Source of the DNA: Octopus vulgaris | Taxonomy: Eukaryota | Length of the DNA: 64,000 bases | Assembly: GCA_951406725.2 (NCBI GenBank) | Contig: OX597814.1 | Span: 139,686,001-139,750,000 of the forward strand | Direction: 5' to 3' | Shown: one piece after another, positions 51,441 through 64,000 of the stretch | Layout: the number at the start of each line of letters is the position of its first letter | How positions within the stretch are numbered: position 1 is the first letter of the stretch | The notes under the pieces: generated by a model | Databases searched by the model: none | Seen by the model: the letters and a program-made list of their open reading frames with translations, nothing else | What the model was told of the DNA's origin: nothing | Translations under genes and position numbers: made by a program

Positions 51441-53779
51441 TGAGGATACAATGAAGATAGAGTATATGAATAAAAATAATAAAAGGAAAAATTTAGCAAC
51501 TAATATTTTCTCATGTGTAAAATCAAAGAGTAAATGTTTAGCTTTTTATTGTCAGTTTTATATATATATATATATATGTGTATACACACACCATCATCAT
51601 CATCATCATCCTCATCATCATCATCATCATCATTATCATCATTTAACATCCGCTTTCCATGCTGACATGGGTTGGACAGTTTGACATGGAGCTGGCTAGC
51701 AAAGCTTTCAAGACTCCAATTGTCTTTTGTGGTGTGGTTTCTATGGCTGGATGCCCTTCCAATACCAACCACTTAAGAGAGTGTACTGGGTGCATTTTAT
51801 TAAATGCCTTTCATTATTTTTTAAACCCACACAATGTTAGTTATGAAAATTAATAACTTAAGTCAATAGTTAGTACTTTTACATGGTATTTCAATATTTC
51901 AGGGTTCTGTAGTTTACAGAAAAGAGAAGCCAGCTAACAACACCTTTCCTTCATAGATTTCCCAAAGAAGGGGTCCTAAACTTACATTGTTTTGGCATTA
52001 ATAAAAAAAATAATTAATATCAGTTATATATATCAGACAATGCTACTACTATACTGTTGTCATGTTTGAATCAAACTGAATCTCATAGAGATATAAATTT
52101 TTACAAGGGTAGGGTTGATTGTGACTGAAACTTTGGCCTACATGGGGACATTGACTAGTTTCAAATTCTCTAGTAATTTATTATAATGTTGTGTGACTTA
52201 TTATTCTGGATAATGCCAAACATTAACACTCTTGTTACCATATTTTTTTTGAAATATACTGACTATGTTTCAATTAATTACTTTTTAAATAATGAAGCTG
52301 GTGTTTGGAACATAACATGAAATTTTGATGGAAGGTTTTTAGATCTCTTTAAAACAGAAATTTGAACAATAAGAACCATGTGTGTTGGTATCAAAAGGGT
52401 TTAGACATACTAGAACCTATTGAAGCTGTTTTGGTTAAAAGCTTTTAGAAGTTACCAATTTAAAAAAGAAATTGCATTTGAAATTGGCAGTTTAAGAATG
52501 TTTAGTTTTTGTTTCCAAAAATCTTTATGCAAAAACTATACAAAACTTAACAGAAAATCACAACCCAAGTATTAATACATGAAAATTTCAGGAATATCTA
52601 ACCTAAAAAAAAAAAAAATAAGAGTATAGGGATCTGAGTGAACATGGCTATTACAAAGTGCACTAAAATGCTTGGAAAATATTTAGTTGACTCAATCAAA
52701 CAGTATTCATAAAAGTTGTGTTCAAACTTCATGTTTTTCCTTCTTGTTGTGAAGTATTGTCATTTAATGTCAGAAGACTCTCATAACAACATGAAAGTCT
52801 ACAGAAGCCTTTTATTTGCTAAGTAGCAATTTTTGAAAGATAGGTGAACAGGTAACATCTATAAGTATTTATGTGCGTGTATATCAGTGTAAACGTCATA
52901 TACTTATATACATATCAGATGACTTTGGAAGTTACAATAGTTACAATTATTTCCAATGTGAAAAAGAAATGTATTTGAAAATATAGTTATTGTAATTTTA
53001 CTGTGAAACTGTGATGTAAACTAATGCTTTAGTGTTCAAAATAGGAAGTATTGCTTCTTCCCCAAACTTCCACAATTGTTCTGTCAATTACGAATATTTC
53101 ATGACAGTACACTTTCTCTTCAAAAATTTATGCTATCAAAAACTTGGCAATGGTCTGTGTCCTTTTGACAGAAAGCTGTTGCTATTAATGACTCCATGTG
53201 CTATCTGTTTTAAATCAGGCGTAGAAACCTTCATATGATATATCTTGTTTGTTTTAAACCAAGCATGTGCTGTCAGTTGATTGTTTCAGAAACCACTAAT
53301 AAATCATCAACCAAATTTTTATAGAATTTTGTTTTGAATTTTGTCTGTTTTATGCCAACTTCTCTTGACATAAATAGGTCTACCATCAAGCCTTCTGAGA
53401 CAGTTAAGCAGCCAGCTAACCAAAACCACAGTTCTAACCATGCCCTTCACCTCTATCACACTAGTAAAGTCCATGACTCAAAATCTGTAAATAGTTTGCT
53501 TGTAATAGTAGTGATGAAAAATACCACTTAAGACCTTTAGAGTAAGTTATCCACCATCACTAACTGGAAAGGTTTCACTCACAACTGCAACTTTCGCAAA
53601 ACTCTCTAACAACCTGTAAAGATCCCCACATTTCAATTTGCAGCCAATTTTCTTGTCCCTTGCCAACATTGTGGGAGTTCAATTTACTACTAAATTCCTA
53701 AATTAAGGCACCTCCCTTAGTAGCTTTTCTACCTGTTTTTATTCCAATTCTATACTGCACATACTCAATGAAACTCCCC

Positions 53780-54035
53780 CGAAACTCTCTTTATACTGTC
53801 CAACAGTCTCACTTCTACATAAACAGTTAAGTGTGAAAACTCCTCTGGTACCTCCAAGATAGCTGACTTTGACAATGTTCTTTCCGTTACTCTCAATGCA
53901 TTCTAGAGCTGTCTCTTATCTTTAATACATCTTCAATCTTTCTTTCCCTGTAGGAATCTATCCTGGTATTTGGAAATAAGTTTCAGTGTGTTTTACATAT
54001 CTTAAAAGATCAACTTCTTTGACTCTACAAACTTT
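53780..54035 (+). mobile_element. highly decayed CR1/Jockey-type LINE RT-proximal fragment
   Basis: ...GIYPGIWK*VSV....K....DSTN resembles G.FP..WK.A.V.PI.KKG..DP.NYRP. Confidence 0.35.
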
Positions 54036-55636
54036 TTTTTTATATTTTCAAAACATATCTAATTTTGTTTTACAGAAGTAATATAGTTTACTAGTAAGCT
54101 GGTTGTGGAATTAAGATTCTATTGTCTTTGTTCTATTACTCATCCACCAAAAGATGGGAGTGGAGTTAGGTAGACTGACCAGTTAATCTTTTAGTCATCA
54201 TAGCTATGGTGGTGTGAAGAAAGGATGTTTTTATACTTGTAAACTGAAGTATTCTTAACTGTTGAATAATATCTTCTCTATTGACTATGCCTCTTAACCC
54301 ATTTTGTTACCATATTTATATATTGAAATAACTTTGCCATTATTAAGCTGGTGTTTGGAATATAAATTAACATGAAATTTTGGTGGAAGATTTTAATTTA
54401 GACCAATTTATAACAAAATTTTATACATGAAGTTAAATTTTATGCATATGGTTAATACTTCTAGCAATGTCTTTAGGAAACTTTTGTCTTATCCAATGAT
54501 ACAACACTGAAAATCATGAAATATGTTTGTTTTTAATCTCAAATTAAACAATGTGCTCGATATTTGTTACATTTTGTTATGACTACTTCATTGAAATATT
54601 TTTTAATGGTATAAATGGTTTAAATACTTTAAGAGAGCAATCTAAAATGTAACTGTTGAATAATAAGACAAAATTTCTTCCACTGATCAGAGTTTTGCGA
54701 GTTCTACCTAATTTGTTTGCTCTCTTTAAATTTCTGTAGAAATTTATGCATAGTTGAATAATTGCTTAGTATATATGAGAGAGGCACATTTGCAGTATTG
54801 ATGAGAACATTGCTATAATTCTATTCTTTCTAATGACTAGTAACATTTTGGGAAGAAATCCACTTTTTATTTTTAAAAATATTGAAATTATTCATTTTCA
54901 TGATAGTCCTTTCTTTGGATTCAAGCATATATTCTAGAGTGTTGTTTAAAATGTGTCAGGATGCATCTAAACATGTTGACTTGAAGAAACAGAACAATAA
55001 AAGAACTTTATCCTGTAATCAGTAGACACATTTGCCCAATCTTAATCATCATTGTCCCCAATATGACTTCATAGTAAAATCGATTCCTGGACTCAAATTA
55101 CATTTATGCATCGATTGCAAGTAGATGCAGTTTCTTAAATATTCTTTTCTACTCTAGGTACAAGGCCCGACATTTTGGGAGTGGGGGCCAGTCGATTAGA
55201 TCGACCTCAGTATGCAACATGTACTTAATTTACCGACCCCGAAAGGATGAAAGGCAAAGTCGACCTCGGCGGAATTTGAACTCCAAATGTAATGACAGAC
55301 AAAATACTGCTAAGCCTATTTCTTTCCTTCTGTATAATTCTTTCCTTCAAACACTTATACGTTGAAGTCAGCAGGAGTGACCATCATCATCATCATCATC
55401 ATCATCATCATTATTAAGGCAGCAAGCTGGCAAAATCATTAGCATGCCAGGCTAAATGCTTAGCAGCATTTTGTCCATCTTCATGTTCTGAGGTCAGCTT
55501 TGCCTTTCATCCTTCGAGGGTTGGTAAAATAAGTACCATCTGAGCCCTGGGATCAATGTAATTGACTTTCCCCATCCCCCAAAACTGCTGGCCTTGTACC
55601 AAAATTTGAAATCATCATCATTATTATTATTTTATT

Positions 55637-55918
55637 ATCTTTGCACAGCTTCTAATGCTGGAGATGAGATGTACCACAGTGCCAGCTGTTCACTACCAGT
55701 GAACTAAAGTAACACCCCTTATTTTTCGAGCACCATCCGGAGTATTTGAGTGGTTCCAAGCAGTGCTGTTTTCTGCAAGTGCTCTACCCTTATTGCAGCC
55801 TGTATTTGTTCCATGTACTTCTCAAGATTTTTATTCACTGTCCCCAGGGCTCCGACAATTATTGGTATTATCATCTTTTTCAGCAACCACAACTCCTTAA
55901 CCTCCCAAGCTAACCTGT
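55637..55918 (-). mobile_element. 3' terminal fragment of an R4/Dong-type (REL endonuclease) LINE, second subfamily
   Basis: Minus translation RLAWEVKELWLLKKMIIPIIVGALGTVNKNLEKYMEQ...LQKTALLGTTQILRMVLEK* (stop at 55719), short 3' UTR, (TAA)n on both sides. Confidence 0.85.
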
Positions 55919-55936
55919 TATATTATTATTATTATT

Positions 55937-57780
55937 CAGTAGTTTTATTTTTATAGCGTGCTTTCACTTCACTACTGAGTGCAGCTCTGTGTGACTTGGG
56001 TATGTGCTGTGATTTGTTGTGATGATCTGATGGTTATTGTATGGAAAGTGTTCTGCGTAGGATGTGTGCAGTGCCTAGTAGTGCAATTTTCTGGATGTTA
56101 TATGTGTTTGTAAGTCCTGGTGTTTTTGTTATGTATTTGTCTGAATATTTTTTTATCATGCCTAATGCACCTACTATGATAGGAATTGTTTCTGTTTTCA
56201 GATTCCACATTCTAGTTACCTCTATTTCCAGGTCTTTGTATTTTGAGAGTTTCTCCATTTCTTTTAGAGACACATTGTCATCTGCCGGTATTGATACATC
56301 AATTAGAAAGCATTTTTTTCTTCATGATCTCTGACAACTATATCTGGTCTGTTGGCCTTAATTTCTCTATCTGTGTGTATCGGCATATCCCAGAGTATGG
56401 TTGCTTTCTCGTTTTCTGTGACCTTTTCTGGTGTGTGCCTATACCATCTTTTTTCTGTTGTTATTCCATAATGTTGGCATAGCTTCCAATGTATGTAGGT
56501 TCCAACTCTGTCATGTCTGTGAATATATTCCTTCTTAGCCAGGACTGGGCAGCTAGAGATAATATGATTTATTGTTTCTTGTCCATCTCCACATATTCTG
56601 CAGTTACTTGTAATATTTCTTTTCATTACATGTTTTTGGTAATTTCTGGTGGGGAGGCTTTGGTCTTGTGCTGCAGTTAAAAATCCCTCTGTTTCTGCTT
56701 TGAGTCCTGAGCTTCTCAACCATTGCTGGGATTTTTCTTTGTCTATTTCTTTTGCGTTTAGTTTAGTCCAGTATTTACCATGAAGGGGCTTTTCTTGCCA
56801 TCGTTTTATCATGGTTCGTTGCTGTTCTATTTTTAGTTTGGATTTCATTTGTTTTATAGCTTTTGTTGTTTCTTCATCATCTTCTTCTTCTTCTTCTTCA
56901 TGTTTATTAGGTGGTATGATTTCTTGTTTGTATTTGTCAGCTTCGTTAAATACTGAGAACAGTTTTTTGTTTTGCTCGTGTTTTGCCGCTATCTGGATTA
57001 GTTTTCCTTCCTTCTGAAGTAGATATTTTTGCAGTCCTATGGTGGTTATTTTATAGTACTTTTCCAGCTGTATAAGGCCTCTACCACCTTCTATACGTTG
57101 TATATATAGTCTTTCTATGTCAGATTTTGGGTGATGCATCCTAGATCCTGTCATTATTTTTCTTGTTTTCCTATCTATTTTGGTCAGTTCATTTCGTGTC
57201 CAGTTAAGGATATTGTAGCTGTAACTTATAACTGGGACAGCTAAAGTGTTGATACCTATTATCTTGTTTTTAGCATTGAGCTCTGTTTTTAGTATTGATC
57301 TAACTCGTCTATAATATTTTTTTTATTTTCTCTTTCATTTGTGTGTGTTGTGTCTTATCTAGTTCATGGATTCCTAAGTATTTGTAAGTTTGGCTTTGGT
57401 CTAATTCTTTTATTTCATTGGTTTTATCTAGTGTGATGTTGTTACTCTTAACTAGTTTTCCTCTTTTCATGGTTACTTTGGCGCATTTTTCTAATCCAAA
57501 TTTCATATCTATTTCTTTGGTAAATCCATGAACTGTCTTTAATAGTGTTTCCAGCTGTTTGTCATTTGCAGCGTATAGTTTTAGGTCATCCATATATAAA
57601 AGGTGGCTGATCGTTTTGCCGTAACATTTATATCCGCATCCAGTTCTATTTAGTATATCAGATAGAGGTGACAGTGCCAAGCAGAAAAGGAGTGGAGAGA
57701 GCGTGTCTCCCTGGAATATTCCTCTTCTAATGGGGATGTCTTTGGTTTTCATGAGTCCCTCTTTTGTTTGGAGGTGTAGG
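55937..57780 (-). mobile_element. 5'-truncated R4/Dong-clade non-LTR retrotransposon (RT, CCHC and restriction-like endonuclease)
   Basis: RGIFQGDTLSP and HLLYMDDLK (RT), CRICGDGQETINHIISSC (CCHC), RHD, RPDIVV, EKLSKYKDL and IIVGALG (REL). Two frameshifts fall at homopolymer runs. Flanked by (TAA)n. Confidence 0.95.
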
Positions 57781-57834
57781 TTATTATTATTATTATTAGT
57801 AATAGTAGTGGTGGTGGTGGTGGTGGTGGTAGTA

Positions 57835-58056
57835 AGGCAGTGAGCTGGCAGAATTATTAGCATGCCGGGTGAAATGCTTAGTGGTATTTTGTCTGTCTTC
57901 ATGTTCTGAGTTCAAATATCACCAAGGTTGACATCGCCTTTCATCCTTTCGGAGTCAGTAAATTAGGTACCAGTTATGCATTGGGGTTGATGTAATCAAC
58001 TTGTTCCCTTCCCCAAAGATTTTCAAGGCCTTGTATCTAGAGTAGAAATAATAATT

Positions 58057-58150
<94 letters not shown>

Positions 58151-58580
58151 GTATTAGTAGTAGTAGTAGTAAGGCTGTGAGCTGGCAGAATCCTTAGCAC
58201 ACCAGCCAAAATGCTTAGCGGCATTTCACCCATCACTATGTTCTGAGTTCAAATTTTGCTGAGGTTGACTTTGCTTTTCATCCTTTCAGGGTTGATAAAT
58301 TAAGTACCAGGGTTGATGTAATCAACTAGTCCCCTCCCCCAAAATTTCATCATCATTATTATTTTTATCATAATCATTAAGGTAGAGGTTGGCAGAGCTG
58401 TGAGCATGCTTAGTGGCAATTCTTCAGACTCTTTACACTGAGATCTAATTGCATCATGGTCAGTTTTGCTGTATGTCCTTTTGCAGTTGATAAAATAAGT
58501 ACCAGTTGAGCACTAGAATCAACGTTATCAACTAGCCCTCTCTCCTAAAATTCCAGGCCTTGTGACTATAGATAGGATTA
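57835..58580 (+). mobile_element. cluster of three SINE family A copies separated by (TAA)/(TTA)/(TAG) repeats
   Basis: gagctggcagaat..ttagca head at ~57842 and ~58179, with a decayed third copy at ~58385. Confidence 0.85.
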
Positions 58581-58789
58581 TTTTTTAAACCAATTTAAAT
58601 AAATTGGTGACCATTTTCTTTCTATCAGCCTAAGTTTTAAGGAGAATAAAATGTATATCTGCTTCTAAATGTTTGATTATGATACTTTGTCTAAATTGCT
58701 ATATTATATATTGCTAACTAGGTTTTTCTATTAAGTTAGATAAAAGAAAAAAGCTAAATATGTGCAATGTATATGCAGCATATAGGCAG

Positions 58790-59115
58790 GTGGTGGTTAG
58801 AGTATTGAGCTTACAATCATGAAGTAGTGAGTTTGATTCCCAGACTGGGCTGTGTGTTGTATTCTTGAGCAAGACACTTTATTTCATGTTGCTCCTGTTC
58901 ACTCAGCTGTAGAAATGAGTTGCAAAGTCACTGGTGCCAAGCTGCATCCATCTTTGCCTTTTCCTTGGATAACATTGGTGGTGTGGAGAGGGGAGGTTGG
59001 TATGCATGGGCAACTACTGGTCTTCCGTAAACAACCTTGTCTGGACTTGTCCCTCAGAGGGGAACTTTCTAGGTGCAATCTCATGGTCATTCATGACTGA
59101 AGAGGGTCTTTACCC
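58790..59115 (+). mobile_element. SINE family C
   Basis: Homologous to 23710-24045 along its whole length. Confidence 0.8.
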
Positions 59116-61064
59116 TTTTTACACTTTACTGTTGGATTGCATTTGATTTACTTTTCTATTTATGATGCCCCCATCCTCCAGATCCCAACTTTTGTTAGAG
59201 TCTACACTACATTTCTTCAGTTCAATCTTTGCATATAGTAGTCATCTGCTCTTTATATTTCTGACCAATCCTTAATGACCAATCCTCTTAGTTCTTTATG
59301 TTCTTAACCACTCATTTTTTCCAAGTGCCTGTACCATAGTCCTTCCATTCTTCCTCTTTGACACTTAGGTTGTATGTGAATCTGCTTGGTGTGTATGACC
59401 TTTGGTCTATCCCTTGCCTATGTCCTACTTTCTCACCTATTTCCAGCTATATCACTTGACCAAGCCCTCATTCTCTCCTTCCTATCTGGGTTTTGTTACT
59501 GACTTTTACCATCATCTGCCTCCTCTTCTCTTTACTCTGTTCCCTTTTGTTCATCTTGCACACTTCTCATGCTAGCTCCCATTAGCTTTTCCCCTCTCCT
59601 CAATATCACTTCTTTATTTTATTCAGTTTTATATTCGAAAGTTTTTGATTAAAGCAATCATACCAATTCATTCTCTCAGAAGAAAGATAAGCACCCTAAA
59701 TGTCTGATTCTTTCACTTCTCAAAGCAATCATCTTACTAGAGTATTCTACAATCTCTCTTATGAATTAACTTCTGCTTGATACAAACCCCAACCCATGTC
59801 CTTGGATTCAGAATTTTACTTTGATTTATAAAAATCTGTGCCTCTATTTTCTTTTAAACAGCTTTAATTAAGCAATATAGTCTACAATTTTAAAACCCAG
59901 CTTTCATTTATGTATTATAGTAATGCAAAGCAATTATACTTTTACTCTGCTAAAAATATTTAAAATAATTGCTTTTACATGTAGACAATCATCATATTTT
60001 AATATACAGCTTTATAACAATTTCAAGCATTCTTCTCAACAATGAAATATAAAGAAAGTTCTCTTGTGTACAGCTGCTGCTAAAAGTGTTATAGTATTTA
60101 GAATATAGTATATATGAGTATGACCTGCTATGTAGATCAATAATAGCAAAATGTTAGTCATTGTGAAGCTTGTATAGATATGTGCGTGTTTATAAAATAT
60201 ATATTCTTCAATATATTCTTCTCTTGTCTTTATATTAGAAGTCATATTTCTTCGTTTTTAATTAATGGTGGTGGTGGTGGCTGTCAGGGGAGGAGAAGAG
60301 AGGGCATTGTATATGTAATGATGCTCACATGGTGTGCTTCTATTAATTCCATCATTTAAAGATAAAGGTAACCTTTAATGACCGATTTATCCCCTGACTG
60401 AATTTGGTTCCAGTATAGTAGATAATGTTCTGCATTATTTATATTTATCAGAACAAACTTTTTCTAAGAGCAAGCTATATTTTTGTAATTGGAGTATATT
60501 TCTTCTTGTCTCTCCTTCATAATTCTTTGTATCAATTAAACGTTTGAAGTAAGTGATAAATATTTGCATCTGATTCAGTATGGTAATTTAATTATTCTCC
60601 ATTACAAAATACTAAGTTTTGTTTGGTTAACATTCTTCTTTAAATATTATTTAATGTTACTCTGACATTTTATCTTCTCTTTATAAAGATAAGGAGAAAA
60701 AATATTAAATTCCATTGATTTTTAAGAGATTTCTCTCCTTATGATGAAATTCATTCTCTGAAGTAATTACGTAGTTATTATAATGTATATATGTATCAAA
60801 CTGAATATATATCTAGGGGGAAAATGAGTGGAGAAAATTGTGTGTCTGTTTGTATGTGTATGTTGTGTGTGTGTGTATGTGTGCGTATATATATATGTAT
60901 GTGTATATATATATTTGTGTATATTTGTATGTGTCTGTTTATATATATGTATGCGTATATGTATGTGTGTGTATATATATATGTATATATATGTATTTAT
61001 ATATGTATGTATATGTAGGTGTATATATACATATATATGTAGGTATATGATATTTGTATGTATG

Positions 61065-61341
61065 TTCTCTTCTGTTTTTAATTATTTAAATTCTTGCTTT
61101 GTGGAAGAAACTGGTTTTTAACAAAGATACAAAGCTCCATCATTGGAATGTAGATAACAAAAACAAAAGCAATGTCACATTTCAAACTTGAGAAAAGTCT
61201 TGCATATATTTACTGTTCCACTTATAGATCGTATTTGCAATGTGCAAGTAAGCTGGTTGATTTTCTTTTCTGAAAACCCTAGCTTATCCAGGTTATCACT
61301 TACACATTTACTCACAAAACCTAGAGCACCAATTATTATTA
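61065..61341 (-). mobile_element. 3' fragment of a third REL-type LINE between (CA)n and (CATA)n microsatellites
   Basis: IIIGALGFVSKCVSDNLDKLGF...LQIRSISGTVNICKTFLKFEM* has the REL C-terminal IIGALG...G...I motif. Confidence 0.65.
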
Positions 61342-61374
<33 letters not shown>

Positions 61375-62142
61375 CATTCATGCAGGCACACATGATTGCA
61401 CAAACCCATGCCAATACATGTCTAAGAGTCCAGGTGATTAAGCATTGGCTATGGACAATATACTGGTTGAGTTATTGAAAGGACAATAAATAAAAGATGG
61501 ACAAGTAATTGTTAATGGCATCAAAGCTTTTACGAAAAGGTTATATGGAAGTAAGTATAAATATATTTAAGTAGAAAAACAAGAAAATTAGGTATGTGAG
61601 AGTTTGTAGTAGTTCCCCATAGATAGGTAGATATCCCGAAAGTTCACACTCTAATGTCATAGATAAAAAAGAGAAAGAGCTGAATAGTCCTTTGTATATC
61701 AGCAGAGTTCATATTTGAACTTTACAAATAAGAGACAGGAGAATATGGGTAATCTTTTACAGCTGTTTCTGGGTTTTGTTGCTCAGGAAGTGCAACATTG
61801 TGCATTGTCTGTACATATGCATGAAGGAAATTGGGTTTTATCACTACTTCATTTTGATTTAACTCACTCATTATATATATATATATATATATCATTGTGA
61901 TCATCATTCATTTAATGTCTGCTTTAGATAGTTTGATTGGAACTGTTAAGCCAGGGAGCTGTACAAGGTTCCAGTCTGATTTGGCTTAGTTTCTATGGCT
62001 GGATGCCATTCTCAACACCAACCACTCTAAGAGTGTAGTGGGTGCCATTTACATGACTCAGCAATGGCGATAACTACAATATCATTTGACTTAACTGGCA
62101 ATGGTCACAGCACAGCATATTGCAAATTGTCTTGCCCTTCAC

Positions 62143-62184
<42 letters not shown>

Positions 62185-62224
62185 GATACACACACACACA
62201 CACACGCACATATGCATATATGGG

Positions 62225-62700
62225 TACAGGACGTCACCAACAGTAAACAACATGAAATACGAAAACAAATGAGTTCAATACATAAACAAAAGGAAGACAG
62301 GACAAGTAACACAAAGAACGACCCTTCATCAGTTGTTAGCTGTCTATCTACTCCTCATTTTGAGCATTGAACAACAATATGAGTCTTCGAAGGCAGTTGC
62401 TCCCATAAGTACCGAAATAAAATTTGGGATTTATGGAGGGTCAAAATTGGGAACAAAAACAGGACAGTAGAGACATACAAGGAAACCGAACAAAAACAAA
62501 CATGGAGGGTCGTTAGACCAGAACGAGGGTAAAGTAGTGAAGGTTGAAGAAATATTTTCTTTGACAAGAGAAAAGACAGAAGAGAGAGATAGGATAAGTC
62601 CAGTCCTTAGGACAGTCCTGAAAGAAAAGAAAGATAATCTCGTGAGGAAAAGAAAGATGGACGATGGTCATGTGTGAGCAATGAGAGAGAGAAAAGGAGA
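62225..62700 (-). mobile_element. unclassified repeat, possibly a Penelope-like terminal region
   Basis: Microsatellite-flanked and CpG-retaining, with CTGATGA on the minus strand (62326-62332) and a tail loosely similar to the one after the 27.9-kb motif. Confidence 0.3.
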
Positions 62701-62910
62701 AAGAGGGATATCTATATCTATCTATCTATATATATATATAATCTTGGAGGATGCAGAGAGCAATGGGAGCATGGTACTGCTAACCTGCGATGACCCCCAG
62801 CTCCACCATGAGTATAAAGCAGCAGCAGCAGCAAGCATGTGTGTGTGTTTGATAATGTGGATAGTTATGTGTGTGTGTTTAATGTGATATAGATTATTTG
62901 TACCTTTAGC

Positions 62911-64000
62911 TATCAGGTCATCCCATAAGTTCTATCTGATTTTATCTTTTTTAAAATTGAATGAAATTTAATAGTATTTTAGAATGTCTAATGGAATTTA
63001 AAATTATTTTTATATGCATTTGTGTACAGTTAAACTAATGAAATATTATTTTACAGAATAATAGAATTAAAATTTCTTTGATTAAAACCCTTTCTAACAT
63101 GGAAGTATCCAAAGAGCATTTAAGGCACATAATGTTTTATGAGTACAAAAAAGGAAACTCTGCAGCCAAAGCTACTTGAAACATACACTCAGTTTATGGG
63201 GGAAAATGCTTGAATGAAAGAACTTGCAGAAGATGGTTTGTAAAATTCAGAAGTGGAGATTTCAGCCTTGAAGATGAAGATCGAACAGGATGTCCAGTTG
63301 AGTATGACGATAAGCTCCTTGAGGTGTTACTTGAAGAAAATCCTGGATTATTAGTTGAAGAATTGGCAGTAATGCTTAGTTCAAACCATACAACTGTTCA
63401 TCGTCATCTTCAACAACTTCGAAAGGTTTCCTAAACTTGGAAAATGGGTGCCTCGTGAATTCTCCAAAAGCAACTGCAAATCTCGAATTGACATCTGCTC
63501 TTTTCTCCATTCTCGTGAACTCATTTCACCCTTTTTGGATAGACTTGTGATTGGTGACGAAAAATGGATCTTCTATTGAAACGTTAAATGTTGTAAACAG
63601 TGGCTTGGTAAAAGGGAAAAAACTCAATCACAACCGAGAAGGGAACTTTATGGGAAAAAGGTTCTTCTCTCTATCTGGTAGGATTGCAAAGGAGTAATTC
63701 ACTTTGAATTGTTACCACCTAATACAACAATCAATGCTCAAGTCTACTGTCAGCAATTTAGAGCATTTGAACCAAGCTTTGAAGAAAAAAGCCCCGCTTT
63801 AGTGAATCAAAAAGGAGTGATGTTTCATCAGGACAATGCGCGACCCCACAATGCAAAGATCACATCACAGAAGATTGAAGAGATTGGTTGGGAAAAAATT
63901 CCTCCTCCACCATATTCTCCTGACTTTGCTCCTTCAGACTACCTTTTGTTTCGCAGTTTACAGAATCATTTGGGGGACATAACTTTTGCAAGCCAGAAGG
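62911..64000 (+). mobile_element. mariner (DD34D) transposon with pseudogenised transposase starting at ATG 63099; runs off the window end
   Basis: TIR-like tatcaggtcatcccataagt. MEVSKEHLRHIMFYEY...RRWFVKFRSGDFSLEDEDRTG, KWVP, GDEKW, HQDNARPH, YSPDFAPSDY; 34 residues counted D to D. Several stops and frameshifts. Confidence 0.95.

Noticed and set aside
55140-55165. ttcttttctactctag|gtacaa as a recursive splice site
   Set aside because: It is the reverse-complemented tail of SINE family A, and the donor is poor.

Overview
AT-rich eukaryotic DNA, very rich in microsatellites and repeats. I infer an octopus or other coleoid cephalopod from the SINE and LINE families. I cannot support any intact host protein-coding gene. 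The long Y/I/H/C/V ORFs are translations of (TA)n/(CA)n microsatellites. The window reads like the 5' end and long intron(s) of a + strand transcription unit: the first ~4.5 kb looks CpG-rich and the rest CpG-poor (visual impression). It is filled with tRNA-derived SINEs, R4/Dong-type, RTE and Penelope-like retroelement fragments, Tc1, mariner and DD41D fossils, an internally deleted piggyBac, and hAT, mariner and piggyBac MITEs. The most notable signals are: (1) a candidate recursive splice site (YnCAG|GTAAGT) with a 71-nt cryptic RS-exon at 46186-46256, ~360 bp downstream of a motif-dense candidate regulatory element; (2) a ~430-bp inverted repeat whose loop holds a decayed minimal hammerhead-like motif, next to a Penelope-like RT fragment; (3) a second hammerhead-like motif at 27.9 kb; (4) tandem TAA-targeted REL-type LINEs. 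All coordinates were read by eye. Repeat boundaries are approximate unless a TSD is given.
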